Origin: Octopus vulgaris
Taxonomy: Eukaryota
DNA: 64,000 nt
NCBI GenBank assembly: GCA_951406725.2
Contig: OX597818.1
Location: 133,238,001-133,302,000 of the forward strand
Direction of reading: 5' to 3'
The notes beneath the pieces were generated by a model, which was given only the letters and a program-made list of their open reading frames with translations, was not told where the DNA came from and ran no database searches. The position numbers and the translations under genes are program-made. Of the stretch, positions 1 through 13,379 are shown one piece after another. The number at the start of each line of letters is the position of its first letter. Position 1 is the stretch's first letter.

Positions 1-1079
1 ATGGAAGTAATCTTCCCTAATAATTATAATATATATATATATAGTGAGAGAGAGAGAGAGAGAGAAGGAGAGACAGAGAGAAAACCATGATACATATACA
101 TACATGCATAGACAGTTATACACATGTACAAACATATGCATATACGCATATATATTTGTGTGAGTGTATGTATGAGTACTCACAAAACAGATAAGTGAGG
201 TAGGAAGGAAAAAAAGATGTGAATTTTTATATTACAGCAAAAGGAAGCAATGCAAAGGAAAGACTGTCAGTTCTGAAGAATTCCTATATCACTCAGCATT
301 GTGAATTTCTTTTCTGAGACAAAGACAAAACACTTCCATTTGAAGCCATCCAATTCAGGAAGAGCAAACCAAATGCTAAGGATGTACTGAGCATCTACTT
401 AACAGAGAACTTCTGTTTTAGACAATTCTATGCATAATGCTTTATTCAAAGTTGTAAAGAAGAGCGGTACTACACTTCTTTTGGAACAAGAATACTGAAT
501 TTGATGGTGAGAAATTATTTCATTGTCAGCTATGTTTATAAAGACTATTCCATAAATTATTTGCCAGCTGCTGTATTTTTGTCTATTTTCCTTTTCAGTT
601 TGATTATTTTTAAGAATTAAACATTGATTCTGTATCTTTTATGATTCCAAATCAATATATTTATTGCTTAAAGGCAATGAAGTGGAACAAATGGTGGAGT
701 ACCCTATTAAATGCCTTAAAGAATTTTGTTTCAGTCTTTTATGTTAAGAGTCTGAAAACTGCCTGTGAAAAGGAATACAAGTTCTAGTTTGTTCAATGCT
801 AATGTGGTCAGTAATATCAGTAATATATTGGTGTCAATACACTGTAAAATAAATAACTCAACTATGTCGTTTCTAACCCCTTTTTGAGATGGGATGATAA
901 GAGGAGGAGGAATGAATGAGTGGACATGGCACAAGACCAGCCATCCCCAAGGAGTTGCAGCTACTGGAGAGAAAGAGAGAGAGAGAGAGAGAGTGAGAAA
1001 GAGTGAGAGAAAAACAGGGAGAGACAGAATGAGGGAGAGAAAGAGATGGCGAAACAGAGAGAGAGAGAGAAAGGAGATA

Positions 1080-1242
1080 GTACATCAATTGGCCAGAGAT
1101 TGGAGGATGGCCACTGTGATTGCAGTAGAAAATACAAAGAGGAGACAGCTATGCATATATGTATACAAGTAATGTACCGAACTCAAAACGGAATATTATA
1201 TATCCTCAACTGCACCGAGTGAAACCAGGCTTAGCTGCTAGT
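1080..1242 (+). mobile_element. Possible non-autonomous Helitron 3' end
   Basis: GC-rich decayed hairpin ccgagtgaaaccagg about 8 nt upstream of CTAG|T (1238-1242). Confidence 0.35.
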
Positions 1243-1261
1243 ATATATATGCATATATATA

Positions 1262-1303
<42 letters not shown>

Positions 1304-1529
1304 CACACACACACATATAAATGTCAAATGATGAAATGAGTTCTCAACACTGCATTAGTGGATATATGATTTCTTTATTCGGGAATTAACACTACCATTG
1401 GTCTCATGGTGTATATATATATAGTGATTATATAGCACATGAAATGATGGTGTAGTGTATTCAGGTTGAAGGCAATTGTATGTTTATGAGTTCTGCCAAA
1501 TGTGAGCTTTCTTTTCAGATACATGCCAT

Positions 1530-1795
1530 TACAAACCTTCAAATCCTTGCTTTCAAATGCCTCTTTCCATTTCCAAAACTTCTCACTCAATCCCTCCATC
1601 ATCTCACTCATCAGAACAAGGCCATCTGCATACAACATCTCCATTAGCAATCCCTCTCTTCACTCACTATTACCACATCAACCATTATTGCAAACAACAA
1701 GGGTGACAACACAGATCCCTGATGCATGCCAACTTTCACTGCAAACTCTTCCAACAGTTCTGATCCAGCTCTAACTCTTGTCTTTACTTCTTCAT
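1530..1795 (-). mobile_element. RTE-clade LINE reverse-transcriptase remnant
   Basis: Translations VGMHQGSVLSPLLFAIMVDVV and MLYADGLVLMSE..KWKEAFESKDLKV (QG..LSP and YADD-like RT motifs), frameshifted. Confidence 0.85.
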
Positions 1796-1899
1796 ATAAA
1801 CTCATCCCTGTATATATATATATATACACACATATATATATATAAATGTATGTATGTATGTATGCATATACGTATGTATGTATGTATGTGTGTGTGTAT

Positions 1900-2260
1900 A
1901 AAGCACCATTCGAGCATGATCATTACCAGTGTCACCTTACTGGCACTTGTGCCGGTGGCATGTGAAAAAACATTCAAGTGAGGTTGTTGCCAGTGCTGCT
2001 GGACTGGCTCCTGTGCAGGTGGCACGTAAAAAACACGATTTGAGTGTGGCTGTTGCCAGTATCACCTGACTGACTCTCGTGCCGGTGGCACGTAAAAGCA
2101 CCCACTACACTCTCGGAGTGTTTGGCGATAGGAAGGGCTTCCAGCTGTAGAAACTCTGCCAGATCAGATTGGAGCTTGGTGTAGCCATCTGGTTCGCCAG
2201 TCCTCAGTCAAACCGTCCAGCCCATGCTAGCATGGAAAGCAGATGTTAAACGATGATGAT
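1900..2260 (+). mobile_element. SINE family B (RTE-like 3' end, (GAT)n tail, internal ggtggcacgtaaaa repeats)
   Basis: ccatgctagcatgg hairpin + gttaaacgatgatgat tail. Confidence 0.8.
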
Positions 2261-2586
2261 GTCTGTTTTGGCATAGTTTTTTTCAGCGGGATACCTTTTT
2301 CAAATGCCAACCATTTTACTGAGCATACTGGGTGCTTTTTCGTGACACTAACACTAGTGAAGTCATCAAGTAAATTGTAAGACAAATATAAAAACTCAAA
2401 GTGGAATTTCAGCAGAGGGGGATGGGTAGGTTTTATGCTGGTGGTGGGCGACTGAAGCATGATAGGATAGGGTATATACAGGAGTATTACTATCAAGGAA
2501 ATACATGGCACCATTGTATAAGGGTAGGTGGGAGTAGCTGGAAAGAAGATAAAGATGATGGTGATGAGTTACAAGAGCATAGTAAT

Positions 2587-2625
<39 letters not shown>

Positions 2626-2804
2626 GTCATGTCAAAATGCATTTTTCTGCTCATCAGACGAAGGAAATAACATCATAATATCAAGTAAATTGAAACTAAT
2701 ATATTAAAATAATTCATAAAAATGTGTGATCTTTGAAATAAAGAATACATGTTAGTGATTGTCATGATGATGATATGCTGCTGACAATGACAACATTTCT
2801 TGTA

Positions 2805-3012
2805 TTAACCCTTTAGCTTTTAACCCATATCAGGCCCTCATATTCTATTTGTTTTATGTTCAAACAGGTCAGATTTAGCTTCTTCACGTTGTCCTTCTAA
2901 AAAAAAAGTCACAACATCAAAATCTTGCAGCTACGAAATAATGCAGGATTAATTCAAAACAATGTGAATAAATAAGCATTACAGCAGATTAATGCGAATG
3001 CTAAAGGGTTAA
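2805..3012. mobile_element. piggyBac-type MITE family 1
   Basis: TTAA-CCCTTTAGC ... GCTAAAGGG-TTAA; related copies at 43586-43762, 61982-62196 and 62205-62400. Confidence 0.75.
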
Positions 3013-3140
3013 ATTGAGTATTTTCCATGTGTCATCAAGTATAGCGTGCTGGCGACAAGTCAATACTTAAATAATCCTTTCTTATAAAAGAAATAAATAT
3101 AGTGGCTGTGGAAAGAGAGACAAAGTGCATTCTATAGTAT

Positions 3141-3515
3141 ACTCTTTTCTCTTTACTCTTTTATTTGTTTCAGTCTTGTGACTGTGGCCATGCTGGAGCA
3201 CAGCCTTTGGTCGAGCAAATCGACCCCAGGACTTATTATTTGTAAGCCTAGTACTTATTCTATTGATCTCTTTTGCTGAACCTCTAAGTTACGGGGATGT
3301 AAACACACAAGCATCGGTTGTCAAGCAATGTTATGGGGACAAACAAGACACACAAACACACACACACACATATATATATATACATATATATGACAGGCTT
3401 CTTTCAGTTTCCGTCTACCAAATCCACTCACAAGGCTTTGGTCGACCCGAGGCTATAGTAGAAGACACTTGTCCAAGGTGCCACACAGTAGGACTGAACC
3501 CGGTACCATGTGGTT
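3141..3515 (-). mobile_element. tRNA-derived SINE family A (5' truncated)
   Basis: Matches the ~400-bp family with internal (TA)/(TG) tract and (AAGAGT)n tail. Confidence 0.85.
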
Positions 3516-3550
3516 CATAAGATGTAAATCTGTGAAAAGTATTAAAAAAA

Positions 3551-3715
3551 GGTGCAGGTGTGGCTGCGTGGTAAGAAGCTTGCTTCCTAACCCCATGATT
3601 CTGGATTCAGTCCCACTGTGTGGTACCTTGGGAAAGTGTCTACTACTATAGCTTTGGGCTGACCAAAGCCTTGTGAATGGATTTGGTAGAAAGAAAATGA
3701 AAGAAGCCAATCGCA

Positions 3716-3787
<72 letters not shown>

Positions 3788-3978
3788 TCTGTGTGAGTCT
3801 GTGTTTGTAACCCCATCATCGCTTGACAACCAGTGTTGATATGTTTACATCTCTGTAACTTAGCAGTTTGGCAAAGAGACTAATGGAATAAGTCCTGGGA
3901 TCAAATTGTTTGTCAAAAGCACTTCAAGATGGTGCTCCAGCATGGCTGCAGTCAAATGAGTGAAACAAATAACAGAAT
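3551..3978 (+). mobile_element. tRNA-derived SINE family A
   Basis: A box TGGCTGCGTGG, B-box-like GATTCAGTCCC, internal (TG)n. Confidence 0.85.
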
Positions 3979-5041
3979 ATCATATATTTTTAAATAAACC
4001 AAGCCTAAATTTATGACCAGTTATGGAGAAATGTACTCTATGTATGTATTTATTTATAAGTATATTCCTCTAAATTGTGAATGGAATAGTGTTACATTTA
4101 GAGTAGAAAAGAAATTTTTAAAGATGGAAAAATATTTAGAACAAAAAGCAGAGATTTAAAAAAAAAATACATATTGTTTTATCACATAAATATATAGAAA
4201 AAGGGAAAAAGGTGAATATTAAATATAACTGAAGAAAACATTGATTTGATAAAACAAAAACCAGTAGAAGAGGTAGAAAATTACATGATGTCAGTGGAAC
4301 ATGGCAGAAAAGGGACTAGAGAAGAAAATGGATAAATAGACTAAGGGGGAAATTTTTTTTAGAGAAAGCATTGCCGATGTTTTAGTAAAAATAGACAAAA
4401 ATAAATGTGTATTGGGTGGTGGGGGATTAAGAATCATCATTTTTTTTCTTCTTCTTGGGCTAGGTTAGAGGTAGTGAAATAAATAGAAATGAAATCATGC
4501 ACAAAGATAAAAACTGCACAGGGGAAAAAAAAATCTTGTAAAGAAGAATATTACTAATGTAAGGCTTAAAACTTGCCATAAGCACTAGAGGCTGCTGATA
4601 TCATGGAACTAATTTAGGAGATGAGAACTCTAAAATAAAACAGCAAATAATAATATAAAAAAATAAGGTATACAGATGGACCCCACTAAATAAAAAAAGA
4701 AAAAAATGCTTGTCTAACTAAAAAAAAAAAAATTAAAGAAAGTGTAGTAGGATTAACTCATAGATGTAACAGATCAGTTTCTGGATGTAAGAACAGTAGC
4801 AAGGAATCCTTCAAGTTCTGAGCTGTAAACAGAATTTTCATTTAGAACCAAATGCCTACGACCACCACTATGACCACCCAGCCTTAAATTTTGCTTAATA
4901 TCTCCAATTTTAATCTCTTCATTCTTTGTTGTTTACAATAAACTTCATAACAATTTCTGTCTAAATGTCATCACAAGTTCTTCTCAAGTACTGAATGTGA
5001 AAAATTATGGTATTTCAAATATTAATTTACTTTCACTTCAG

Positions 5042-5098
5042 CAATACAGATTTCTATGAACTAGTGTGCTTTATTTGGTATTCAGTAACACAAAGCGG
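5042..5098 (+). pseudogene. Candidate exon (NTDFYELVCFIWYSVTQSG), signal-peptide-like
   Basis: tttcacttcag acceptor, gtgagg donor, phase 2-2, joins the next exon in frame. Confidence 0.4.
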
Positions 5099-5543
5099 GT
5101 GAGGCTTTGGTGAGGTAACTGTTCTATCATAAATATAAGATGCACAATTGTTCCACATCTGTGTATCCCAAAACACCTGTAATTAAATTGCAAGTCATGT
5201 TACTTCTGGCAGTAGACATTATTTTATGTTACATTCACTGAAAGTTCAATATCTTATTCACATAGTGATTTCACCACTATATGTAGTCATTAATCCATGT
5301 TTAAAGCAATCTAATTATGACAATAATAATAATGGCTACAAATTTTGGCACGCGGCTAGCAGGTCACTTACACTAACCCCAATACACAACTGGTACATGT
5401 TTTATTGAGCCTAAAAGGAGGAACAGCAAAGTTGACTTCAATTACAAAGCATGTAATGTTACTTAAAGGGTCATGTAAATAGTCGATAACAATGAAAAAT
5501 ATAAACAAAGAAAAAGCCTAAAATAATAATAATAATAATAATA

Positions 5544-5575
<32 letters not shown>

Positions 5576-5600
5576 AATAATAATAATAATAATAATAATA

Positions 5601-6148
5601 ATGCCCAGATGCAGTACCAGGCAGTGGATCTCGTGGCTTCTGATCTTAACTGATTGGAAGTGTTATCATGTACATTATTTTGTCTTGGTATAAAAGATGG
5701 GCTACATCAAATATTCTGCTCAATACCACAGATTTGCTTGTCAGTTGCTTGACCATAACCAGTTGAGTATGTCCCTTAGTGGCTGAGAATGTGATCATGT
5801 GCAGAAGTAGTGGGGGAGCATCATAGTCATGTGTCGAGAAGAATTCTTTGGGGTTTGGATAACTCACCTCTGGAAACATAGGTGTTTCATTCAATATCCT
5901 CAAGCAACCCTTATTCAGGGACCTTTCAAGCGGGATGGGCTGCTCGACCTGAAGAAAATTCTAACTGGGCCCTCACCTGCAAGGTCATGCACTGTTTATC
6001 TTCATATGAGATCACCATGTCACACACATATGGTTATGATGCATGTGCCTGGTGTACCCTTATCAGACAAGTAGTCATGATGGGTACACTGGGCTTCGTA
6101 TATTTTACTCCAGTGTCACTTTGGTGGCATGCACTGCTCTCTCACTCA
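5601..6148. mobile_element. Unclassified ~550-bp element embedded in an (AAT)n/(GAT)n microsatellite
   Basis: Higher-GC island with long TAA-type tracts on both sides (5522-5600, 6149-6255). Confidence 0.45.
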
Positions 6149-6555
6149 TATAATAATAATTATAATAATAATAATAATAATAATAATCATCATCATCATC
6201 ATCATCATCATCATAAATAATAATGATAATAATCATAATAATAATAATAATAATGAAAAAAGGATACCAGATATGACTATAGAGGATGAAAGAAATAGCG
6301 TAAAATCATAGATTTTGCAATACCATATGATAATGCAGTGAAGGTGCATGGCTCAGTGGTTAAAGCATCAGAAACACAATCATGAGGTATTGAGTTCGAT
6401 TCCCAGCCATGGTGTTTTGTGTTCCTGAGCAAGACACTCTATTTCACATTGTTCCAATTCATTCAGCTGTAGAAATGAGTTGCAACATCGTTGGTGCCAA
6501 GCTGCATTTGCCTTTCCTTTGAATGACATTGGTGGTGTGGCGAGGGGAGGCTTGT

Positions 6556-6844
6556 GGATGGAAGCACTCCGTCGGTTACGACGACGAGGGTTCCGGTTGA
6601 TCCGAATCAATGGAACAGCCTCCGGCCCTTTGAAATACAGATACAACAGAAACAGGAAGTAAGAGTGAGAGAAAGTTGTGGTGAAAGAGTACAGCAGGGA
6701 TCACCACCATACCCTGCCGGAGCCTCGTGGAGCTTTAGGTGTTTTCGCTCAATAAATACTCACAACGCCCGGTCTGGGAATCGAAACCGCGATCCTATGA
6801 CCGCGAGTCCGCTGCCCTAACCACTGGGCCATTGCGCCTCCACA
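6556..6844 (-). mobile_element. SINE family D (internally deleted) nested in SINE family E (6338-6955, +)
   Basis: tRNA head gtggaggcgcaatggcccagtggttaggg..ggtttcgattccc; 11-bp TSD gggaggcttgt at 6545-6555 and 6845-6855. Confidence 0.85.
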
Positions 6845-7171
6845 GGGAGGCTTGTATACATGGATGACTACTGGTCTTCCATAAACAACCTTGCCCAGAC
6901 TTGTGTCTTGGAGGTGAACTTTCTAGATCTAATCCCATGGTCATTCATGACTGAGTAACTTAAATACTTTGCATCACATATTTACTTTCATTCCTTTACA
7001 TTTTAGTGCTCAAATATTAGATGGGAGGTTTATGGCTTTCATCTATCCAGAATTGATTAAATAAATATCTGGAAAACAACTTTATTGTACTTCTATTATT
7101 TTGGCAATTTTGTTGACAGTTTTTATTCATAATGTTTGTTTTACAGCCAAGCAAAAAAATTCTGTTTTCAG

Positions 7172-7241
7172 ATGGAGTTCCAACTATAACTGGGGAGGTT
7201 TAGTTAAATAGGATCTTTGCTTAAACATTCATATTATAGCT
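7172..7241 (+). pseudogene. Candidate exon WSSNYNWGGLVK*DLCLNIHIIA
   Basis: tctgttttcag acceptor, gtaagt donor, in-frame TAG at 7209-7211. Confidence 0.5.
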
Positions 7242-7526
7242 GTAAGTCACAGAGTATTTTGAAGTGTAATCCACTTTGGCATAGAGGTTGTAGGATTGAT
7301 TTCGATAGGACTAGTGTGAACATTCCTTCTATAACCCTAACCAACAGAGTATCTTGAACACAGAACTACAATCTCAGGAAATAATTTACTTTAAGTTGTT
7401 CAGATTTTTACAGCTGAGCGGTAAGCAACTATTGTAAATGCTTCTTTGTTCAAAATGTACAATCTTCAGCATATTAGAAGGGTGTTTCAAGATAGTCTTT
7501 GTGAATGTTGAATAATTTTGTTATTA

Positions 7527-7567
<41 letters not shown>

Positions 7568-8089
7568 TATATCATTACTCCTATGAGTGACATCGAAGTC
7601 AATTCAAGGATAGATTCACATGATAGACTCTTTAAATTTGCAAATCAATTAGTAAACTTTCCTTTGAACATTTCTCACAGATATCTATTATCAAATCCTC
7701 ATGAAAAATTGCTCTCAGATAATATGTCAAACATGATATCAAACCAAAGTTAGGAAGAGTGTTAGGAGTGTTTCTGTTGGTCAATAGAAAAAAAATGTTA
7801 TTGTTCACAGAATTATTGTTAATTATACATTGCCCATACTTTTGCAGTTAGCTAAATTGTAGCTACAGATGGTGATGATGCAAGTTAGTGAAACAGGCAT
7901 TAATTGCAGAGGTTGAGCAAAGGTTGGAGAAAATTAAAGTAAGCACACTTTTTTCCCTACTGATTCCCTGTTTGGCTATATTCACTTTTACTTTCTTCTA
8001 TGGCTTTACTGATATTACATTAGCTCCATTTTATACACCCAGTTAACATACTTTTCTCAAACAATAACTCATCACCAAACATAACAGTA

Positions 8090-8509
8090 TTTACTCTTTA
8101 CTCTTTTACTCTTTTACTTGTTTCAGTCATTTGACTGCGGCCATGCTGGAGCACCACCTTTAATCGAGCAACTTGACCCCCGGGACTTATTCTTTTGTAA
8201 GCACAGTACTTATTCTATCGGTCTCTTTTGCCGAACCGCTAAGTAACGGGGACATAAACACACCAGCATCGGTTGTCAAGCAATGCTAGGGGGACAAACA
8301 CAGACACACAAACACACACACGCACACATATATATATATATACATATATACGACGGGCTTCTTTCAGTTTCCGTCTACCAAATCCACTTACAAGGCTTTG
8401 GTCGGCCCAAGGCTATAGTAGAAGACACTTGCCCAAGGTGCCATGCAGTGGGACTGAACCCGGAACCATGTGGTTGGTAAACAAGCTACTTACCACACAG
8501 CCACTCCTG
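8090..8509 (-). mobile_element. tRNA-derived SINE family A
   Basis: Near-identical to other copies. Confidence 0.9.
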
Positions 8510-9080
8510 TGATTTTTTAACAATATCCTTTCCAATCTTGCAGTGGTTTGATTTGCATCTCATCTCCTTAGCAGTCAATAAAATATTTACCAATAAGGCA
8601 CCATTATCAATTCATTCAACTGTAGCTATCTACTATGAATTTAATTGTCTCATACTGGTGTAAGACATCAATATTGCTTCATCAAGGAAGATAACATAAG
8701 CTATCTCTAGTCTGACTTCAGTTTCAGAACAAGACATCATCAAATTCATCATCTTTTTTTATAAAAGCTGGTCTTGTGCCTAGTCAAAAGGAATCCATAA
8801 AGAACCAGATTAAGCAAGTACTTTTGAACAAATAAAAGCTCCTGCCAGAGTCAAAAGTATGAACCAGTTTTCATTTCCAGCTGAAGCTTGATCATAACAC
8901 CTACCAACATTCTGAACCCTTTTTATATCAATCCACCTGAGATTGCCCTTAGCTCTATGGTAAAAACATATAGTTTTTCAAGAGTTCTGAATTAAAATCT
9001 TTCATTAGAATTTAGTGTTAATTTATGATCCAAACATTAATTACTAATGATAAAGTTATTTTACTAAATTCTTCATCATT

Positions 9081-9484
9081 AGGCACAGGAGTGGCTGTAA
9101 GTAGCTTGCTTACCAGCCACAAGGTTCCGGGTTCAGTCCCACTGCATGGCACCTTGGGCAAGTGTCTTCTACTAGAGCCTCGGGCTAACCAAAGCCTTGT
9201 GAGTGGATTTGGTAGACAGAAACTGAAAGAAGCCCATCGTATATATGTATATATATATATGTGTGTGTGTATGTTTGCATGTCTGTGTTTGTCCCCCTAG
9301 CATTGCTTGACAACTGATGCTGGTGTGTTTATGTCCCCGTCACTTAGCGGTTCAGCAAAAGAGACCGATAGAATAAGTACTAGGCTTACAAAGAATAAGT
9401 TCCGGGGTTGATTTGCTCAACTAAAGGTAGTGCTCCAGCATGGTCACAGTCAAATGACTGAGACAAGTAAAAGAGAGTAAGAGT
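9081..9484 (+). mobile_element. tRNA-derived SINE family A inserted into a MITE
   Basis: Family consensus; MITE family 2 sequence resumes on both sides. Confidence 0.9.
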
Positions 9485-10214
9485 ATTTTAAAAATTAATT
9501 GAAGAAAAAGCAGATTATCTCAACAGAAATATAACAAAACAGTTAATACTATGAGAATACATTTAGTACTCTTTAGAAAAGTGAAACTTCTCTTAATCAG
9601 AGGAAATGATATTAAATAAGGAATATTTCATGTTTAGAGCTTCGATGGTGAATAAAGAAAGGGACTTAACAATCAAATTAAAGATGAGGGTTTTATATCC
9701 TTTCACCATGACTATAAGTAACTATATCCATGACCTAAGTTCCTCTCAATGACTGATATATAAGTACAGTGTATATTATGTAGTTTACTGTTGTAAGCAT
9801 TGGAGGCATCAATGAGAATACCATTGACTTAAAAATGCTCAGTTCAAATGGCAAAAAAATTTTTGTCGTGTCCACTTTAAAATTATGGTAATCAAAAAGA
9901 AGTGCTGAACATAAAGAATCTTAGGATTATGAAAAGGATTAACATTATAGTTTCAACACATTTTAATTATACTCTTAATTCATTTTTTATGTAGTTATCA
10001 TGAATTAAGGTTTTTTTAAAGTTTATTCCCGTGAAATATTTGCTGTGGATTTAAGATTATTTAAGTTATTGCAAAGTTCAATTAAAAGAAATTAAATATA
10101 TTTAAGATTATTTAAGCTTATTTTTAGTCACAATGCAAAATAACAAGAAATATATTTCTATAATTGGGATATAGTTCCTTGATAAACATTTCTTTATGGA
10201 ATTCTGATTTCCAG

Positions 10215-10411
10215 AAAATATGAAACATTACAAGCACCATGATAACTGTGATAGTTCTTTGTATTTCTTTTCATTTGCCATATCCTAATAATTCTTGAGA
10301 ATACAATCTAAATCTCAACTTTGTTGATACAAGATGTTTCACTATTGACATAGTTATTAGAGACATACTTTCAGAAAAGTTTCCAAAATATCTTTATAGA
10401 ATTTTCTTCAA
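10215..10411 (+). pseudogene. Candidate exon KI*NITSTMITV...NNS*EYNLNLNFVDTRCFTIDIV...RIFF
   Basis: ttctgatttccag acceptor, gtaagt donor, TGA stops at 10221 and 10296. Confidence 0.55.
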
Positions 10412-10501
10412 GTAAGTAAATTGTCATTTTATCCATCAATAAATACAAATCAAAATCAATCTTCTATTATTTCCTATGTAGCTTTCACATCTTTTGTTAG
10501 T

Positions 10502-10541
<40 letters not shown>

Positions 10542-10615
10542 AACCACCACCACCACCACTTTTGGTAATATGATTTGTTTTTTTTTTTTTGATTTTGGTT
10601 TTTCATAGTCAATAG

Positions 10616-11013
10616 TGATTTGAAGATTTTTCACACTTTGGGGCAAGATGATATTCAAGATACTTTCAGAGAGACTTTATTGGCTGAATATCTTTATATT
10701 ATTGTTGAAAAACTTGATGTTTCAGGTAGTCGTGACTTTAGTCATCACAAGGCATGGCACCATAATTCAATACCTTCATCTTCTGTATAAACCACAAGAG
10801 TATATGTTATTATTTCTTACACTATTTCCAAAGCATTGCTATTCTTTGGGTAACTCTGCATAAAGTCCAGAGGGAAATGCAATTGTTTATCATCGTCTGA
10901 ATCACTGGACAAAAATCATATGGTGCGTTTAGATTATATAATTTCAAACCCTATGGGAGAAGTGTCTGCAGTAAATCTATCTCTTTTTATAGCCATGTAC
11001 ACTGTTTTGTTAA
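10616..11013 (+). pseudogene. Candidate exon DLKIFHTLGQDDIQDTF... with stops/frameshift
   Basis: Long polypyrimidine tract, AG at 10607-8 and 10614-5, gtgagt donor at 11014; TLGQ, LTLFP and SPEG motifs. Confidence 0.55.
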
Positions 11014-11565
11014 GTGAGTGTAGTGATTATAGGTATAGGCGATGATGCTTTTGTTCAGTTGTGTATGTTCTACTATAGAAAGAATGAAAGCTTTCCTATG
11101 TATTCATTCTTTCATAACAATCTGAATGTTTATACATGTACACATGCATAAATATATGAATTCAGCTCTAATCAAATCTCATAAGTATCTGTTGTTTTAA
11201 ATAAACTAGAATTTTATAGAATAAATACATAGAGAACCAGTACAAATTTCATTAGTGTATATAAAGAATGGATTTGGAAAAGATATTTCCTTATATTCAT
11301 TTAGATAAGAGAAAAGTAAATTTTCTAGCCTAATCAAAAACAACGTTATCTCTGAAAGGCATTTGTCATCTAAATCTCTATGAAATACAAAGTAAAATTA
11401 TATTTAAGTTGGCTTTATTTGCTGCATCCATCTTAGAAGAAAGACTGAAAAAGAAACCCCACCACCATCACTTTATATAGATTGTTTTCAGATTATTGAG
11501 GGTTTTTCTTTGCATTTTAAAAATTTCATTCTGTTTCACAATATTCTTTACTTTGTTATCTTAAG

Positions 11566-11712
11566 GTAGAGAAATTGGATTTATCTAATTGGATTTAAAT
11601 TTTTACTATTAAATTTTGGAGAAAAATTTTGCTCTTCAAATTATATTTCATTAAACAATTGCTGGTATCGGAAAACGGTGCGTTAACATTAGAATGCTAA
11701 TTTCATGTTGAA
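11566..11712 (+). pseudogene. Candidate exon VEKLDLSNWI*I...IKQLLVSENGALTLEC*FHVE
   Basis: ctttgttatcttaag acceptor, gtaagt donor, 147 nt phase 0-0, two stops. Confidence 0.55.
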
Positions 11713-12534
11713 GTAAGTCTGTCTTTGACTGATTTAATCTCAGATTCAAAGGCTAAAGAATGGTTAGCCTTAAAATTTCATGAAAAGTAAAAGCTGTTAT
11801 CACTTAACAGAATCTGCTATATAAGAATATTTAGGTTTAATACTAATATTTGACAGCTTAAGTATTACCTGTCTGAGTTCAGTTGAATTCAAAATTAAAT
11901 TGAAAATATATAGCTTCAGAAAGAGTCACAAAAAGCAGTTTTATCAGAATTCAAGGATTATTTAAATGGTTTTGAAACACTAAGTCCAAAGTTGTCTCTG
12001 TATTGCCAAAAATCAAACACTTCTGCCCCCACAACATCCAACTGTAAATTAATTGAAAGCAATTTAAATTATGGAATTGTCTCCTTTACTTTTCATCACC
12101 AGATTAGTTAAGTTACATGTTTTTGTCATCCTTAATGATTTTCTTAATTAGTCTTAATTAAAACTTTTTGGCTTACTATTATATGTCAATGCCTATTTTC
12201 CTATATATTCTTTCATCCCAGTCATAATTTCAAGTTACCACAATATTCAATGCACATAAATAAACAGCCTATAACCTCTCCAGTCATTTAAGACCTGGAG
12301 GCATAGTAAGCCTATTCTTTGCTGATAAGGTTTAATAGAATTGAAACATGTTTGGAGTTCTCACCATATTGTAAAAATCAACAATGTATTCTATATTTCA
12401 GTTATTGAATAGTCTCCCCTGCTATTCTTGACCAGAATTAGTCATTAAGATAATGATTTTTTTCTCATCACTAAGGTTAAGGATGTAACTTTCATTAATT
12501 AAAAATCTTAGCACATTACATTTTATATTATATA

Positions 12535-12582
<48 letters not shown>

Positions 12583-12586
<4 letters not shown>

Positions 12587-12755
12587 ATCCAAACAAGAAA
12601 GCACAAAAAAACACAACAACGCGAGGACGTGGAACAAATATAGTATTATAGTATTATCAGGAAAGAAGGAGGGTTTAACATTTCGAGCGGAGCTCTTCGT
12701 CGGAAACATAGGAGAAGGAAAGATCCAGAGAAGGGAAGACAGAGGAAAAAAAAAA
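12583..12755 (-). mobile_element. Small HHR-bearing element at (TA)n (Penelope pLTR-like/retrozyme)
   Basis: Flanked by TA tracts; reverse-complement copy at 51070-51283. Confidence 0.6.
12673..12707 (-). ncRNA. Minimal hammerhead-like motif, paralogue of 51147-51181
   Basis: Reverse complement: GTTT-CCGACGA-A-GAG-CTCCG-CTC-GAAA-TG-TT-AAAC. Confidence 0.55.
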
Positions 12756-12837
12756 ATATATATATATATATACAGAGAGAAAGAGAGCCAGACAGACAGA
12801 CATACAAGTGGAGAACATACATACATACATACATACA

Positions 12838-12869
<32 letters not shown>

Positions 12870-13379
12870 AACATGCATGCATAAATACATAGGTACAATG
12901 GGCCAAAGGAGAGTATCATGCTTCAATGTCTGCCTTGGCATGGATTCTAAGGCTGCTTGCTCTTTCTAATGCTGACCACATAACAGTATGTACTGGGTAC
13001 TTTTTTATTGTGCCACCAATATCAGTGAGATTGTCATGCAATCTGCAAGACTACAAAGTCCAGGGTGGGGAACAACTTTATGCAAGGCGATGAGAAGCAA
13101 ATGATGGGTTATAGTGTATTACAGAAGGGTCCAAAGCAAAACAGGTTTCTACATCATTACTTTAATCTGTATGTATACACACACACACACACACACACAC
13201 ACAGCTATATATCAAAAGAATACTTAATTTTGCTGGCTGAATGGAAGGGAGCAATAAGAAATGAAATGTTTTGCTCCAGAACCAAACGCATTGCCCAGTC
13301 CATGAATTAAACCACAGGTTTATGATCATGAGCCCAACATCTTAACCACTAAGCCATGTACCTCCATTGTGTGTATACA

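Noticed and set aside
6765-6843. tRNA-like sequence (also the heads of families A, C and E)
   Set aside because: A/B boxes are present but run into SINE bodies with no acceptor-stem closure; SINE heads, not tRNA genes
8714-8780. Minus-strand terminal-exon-like TRPAFIKKDDEFDDVLF*
   Set aside because: Acceptor is plausible but no linked upstream exon or recognisable homology
10822-10905. Minus-strand exon-like DSDDDKQLHFPLDFMQSYPK
   Set aside because: Overlaps the better-supported + strand pseudo-exon; probably its antisense shadow
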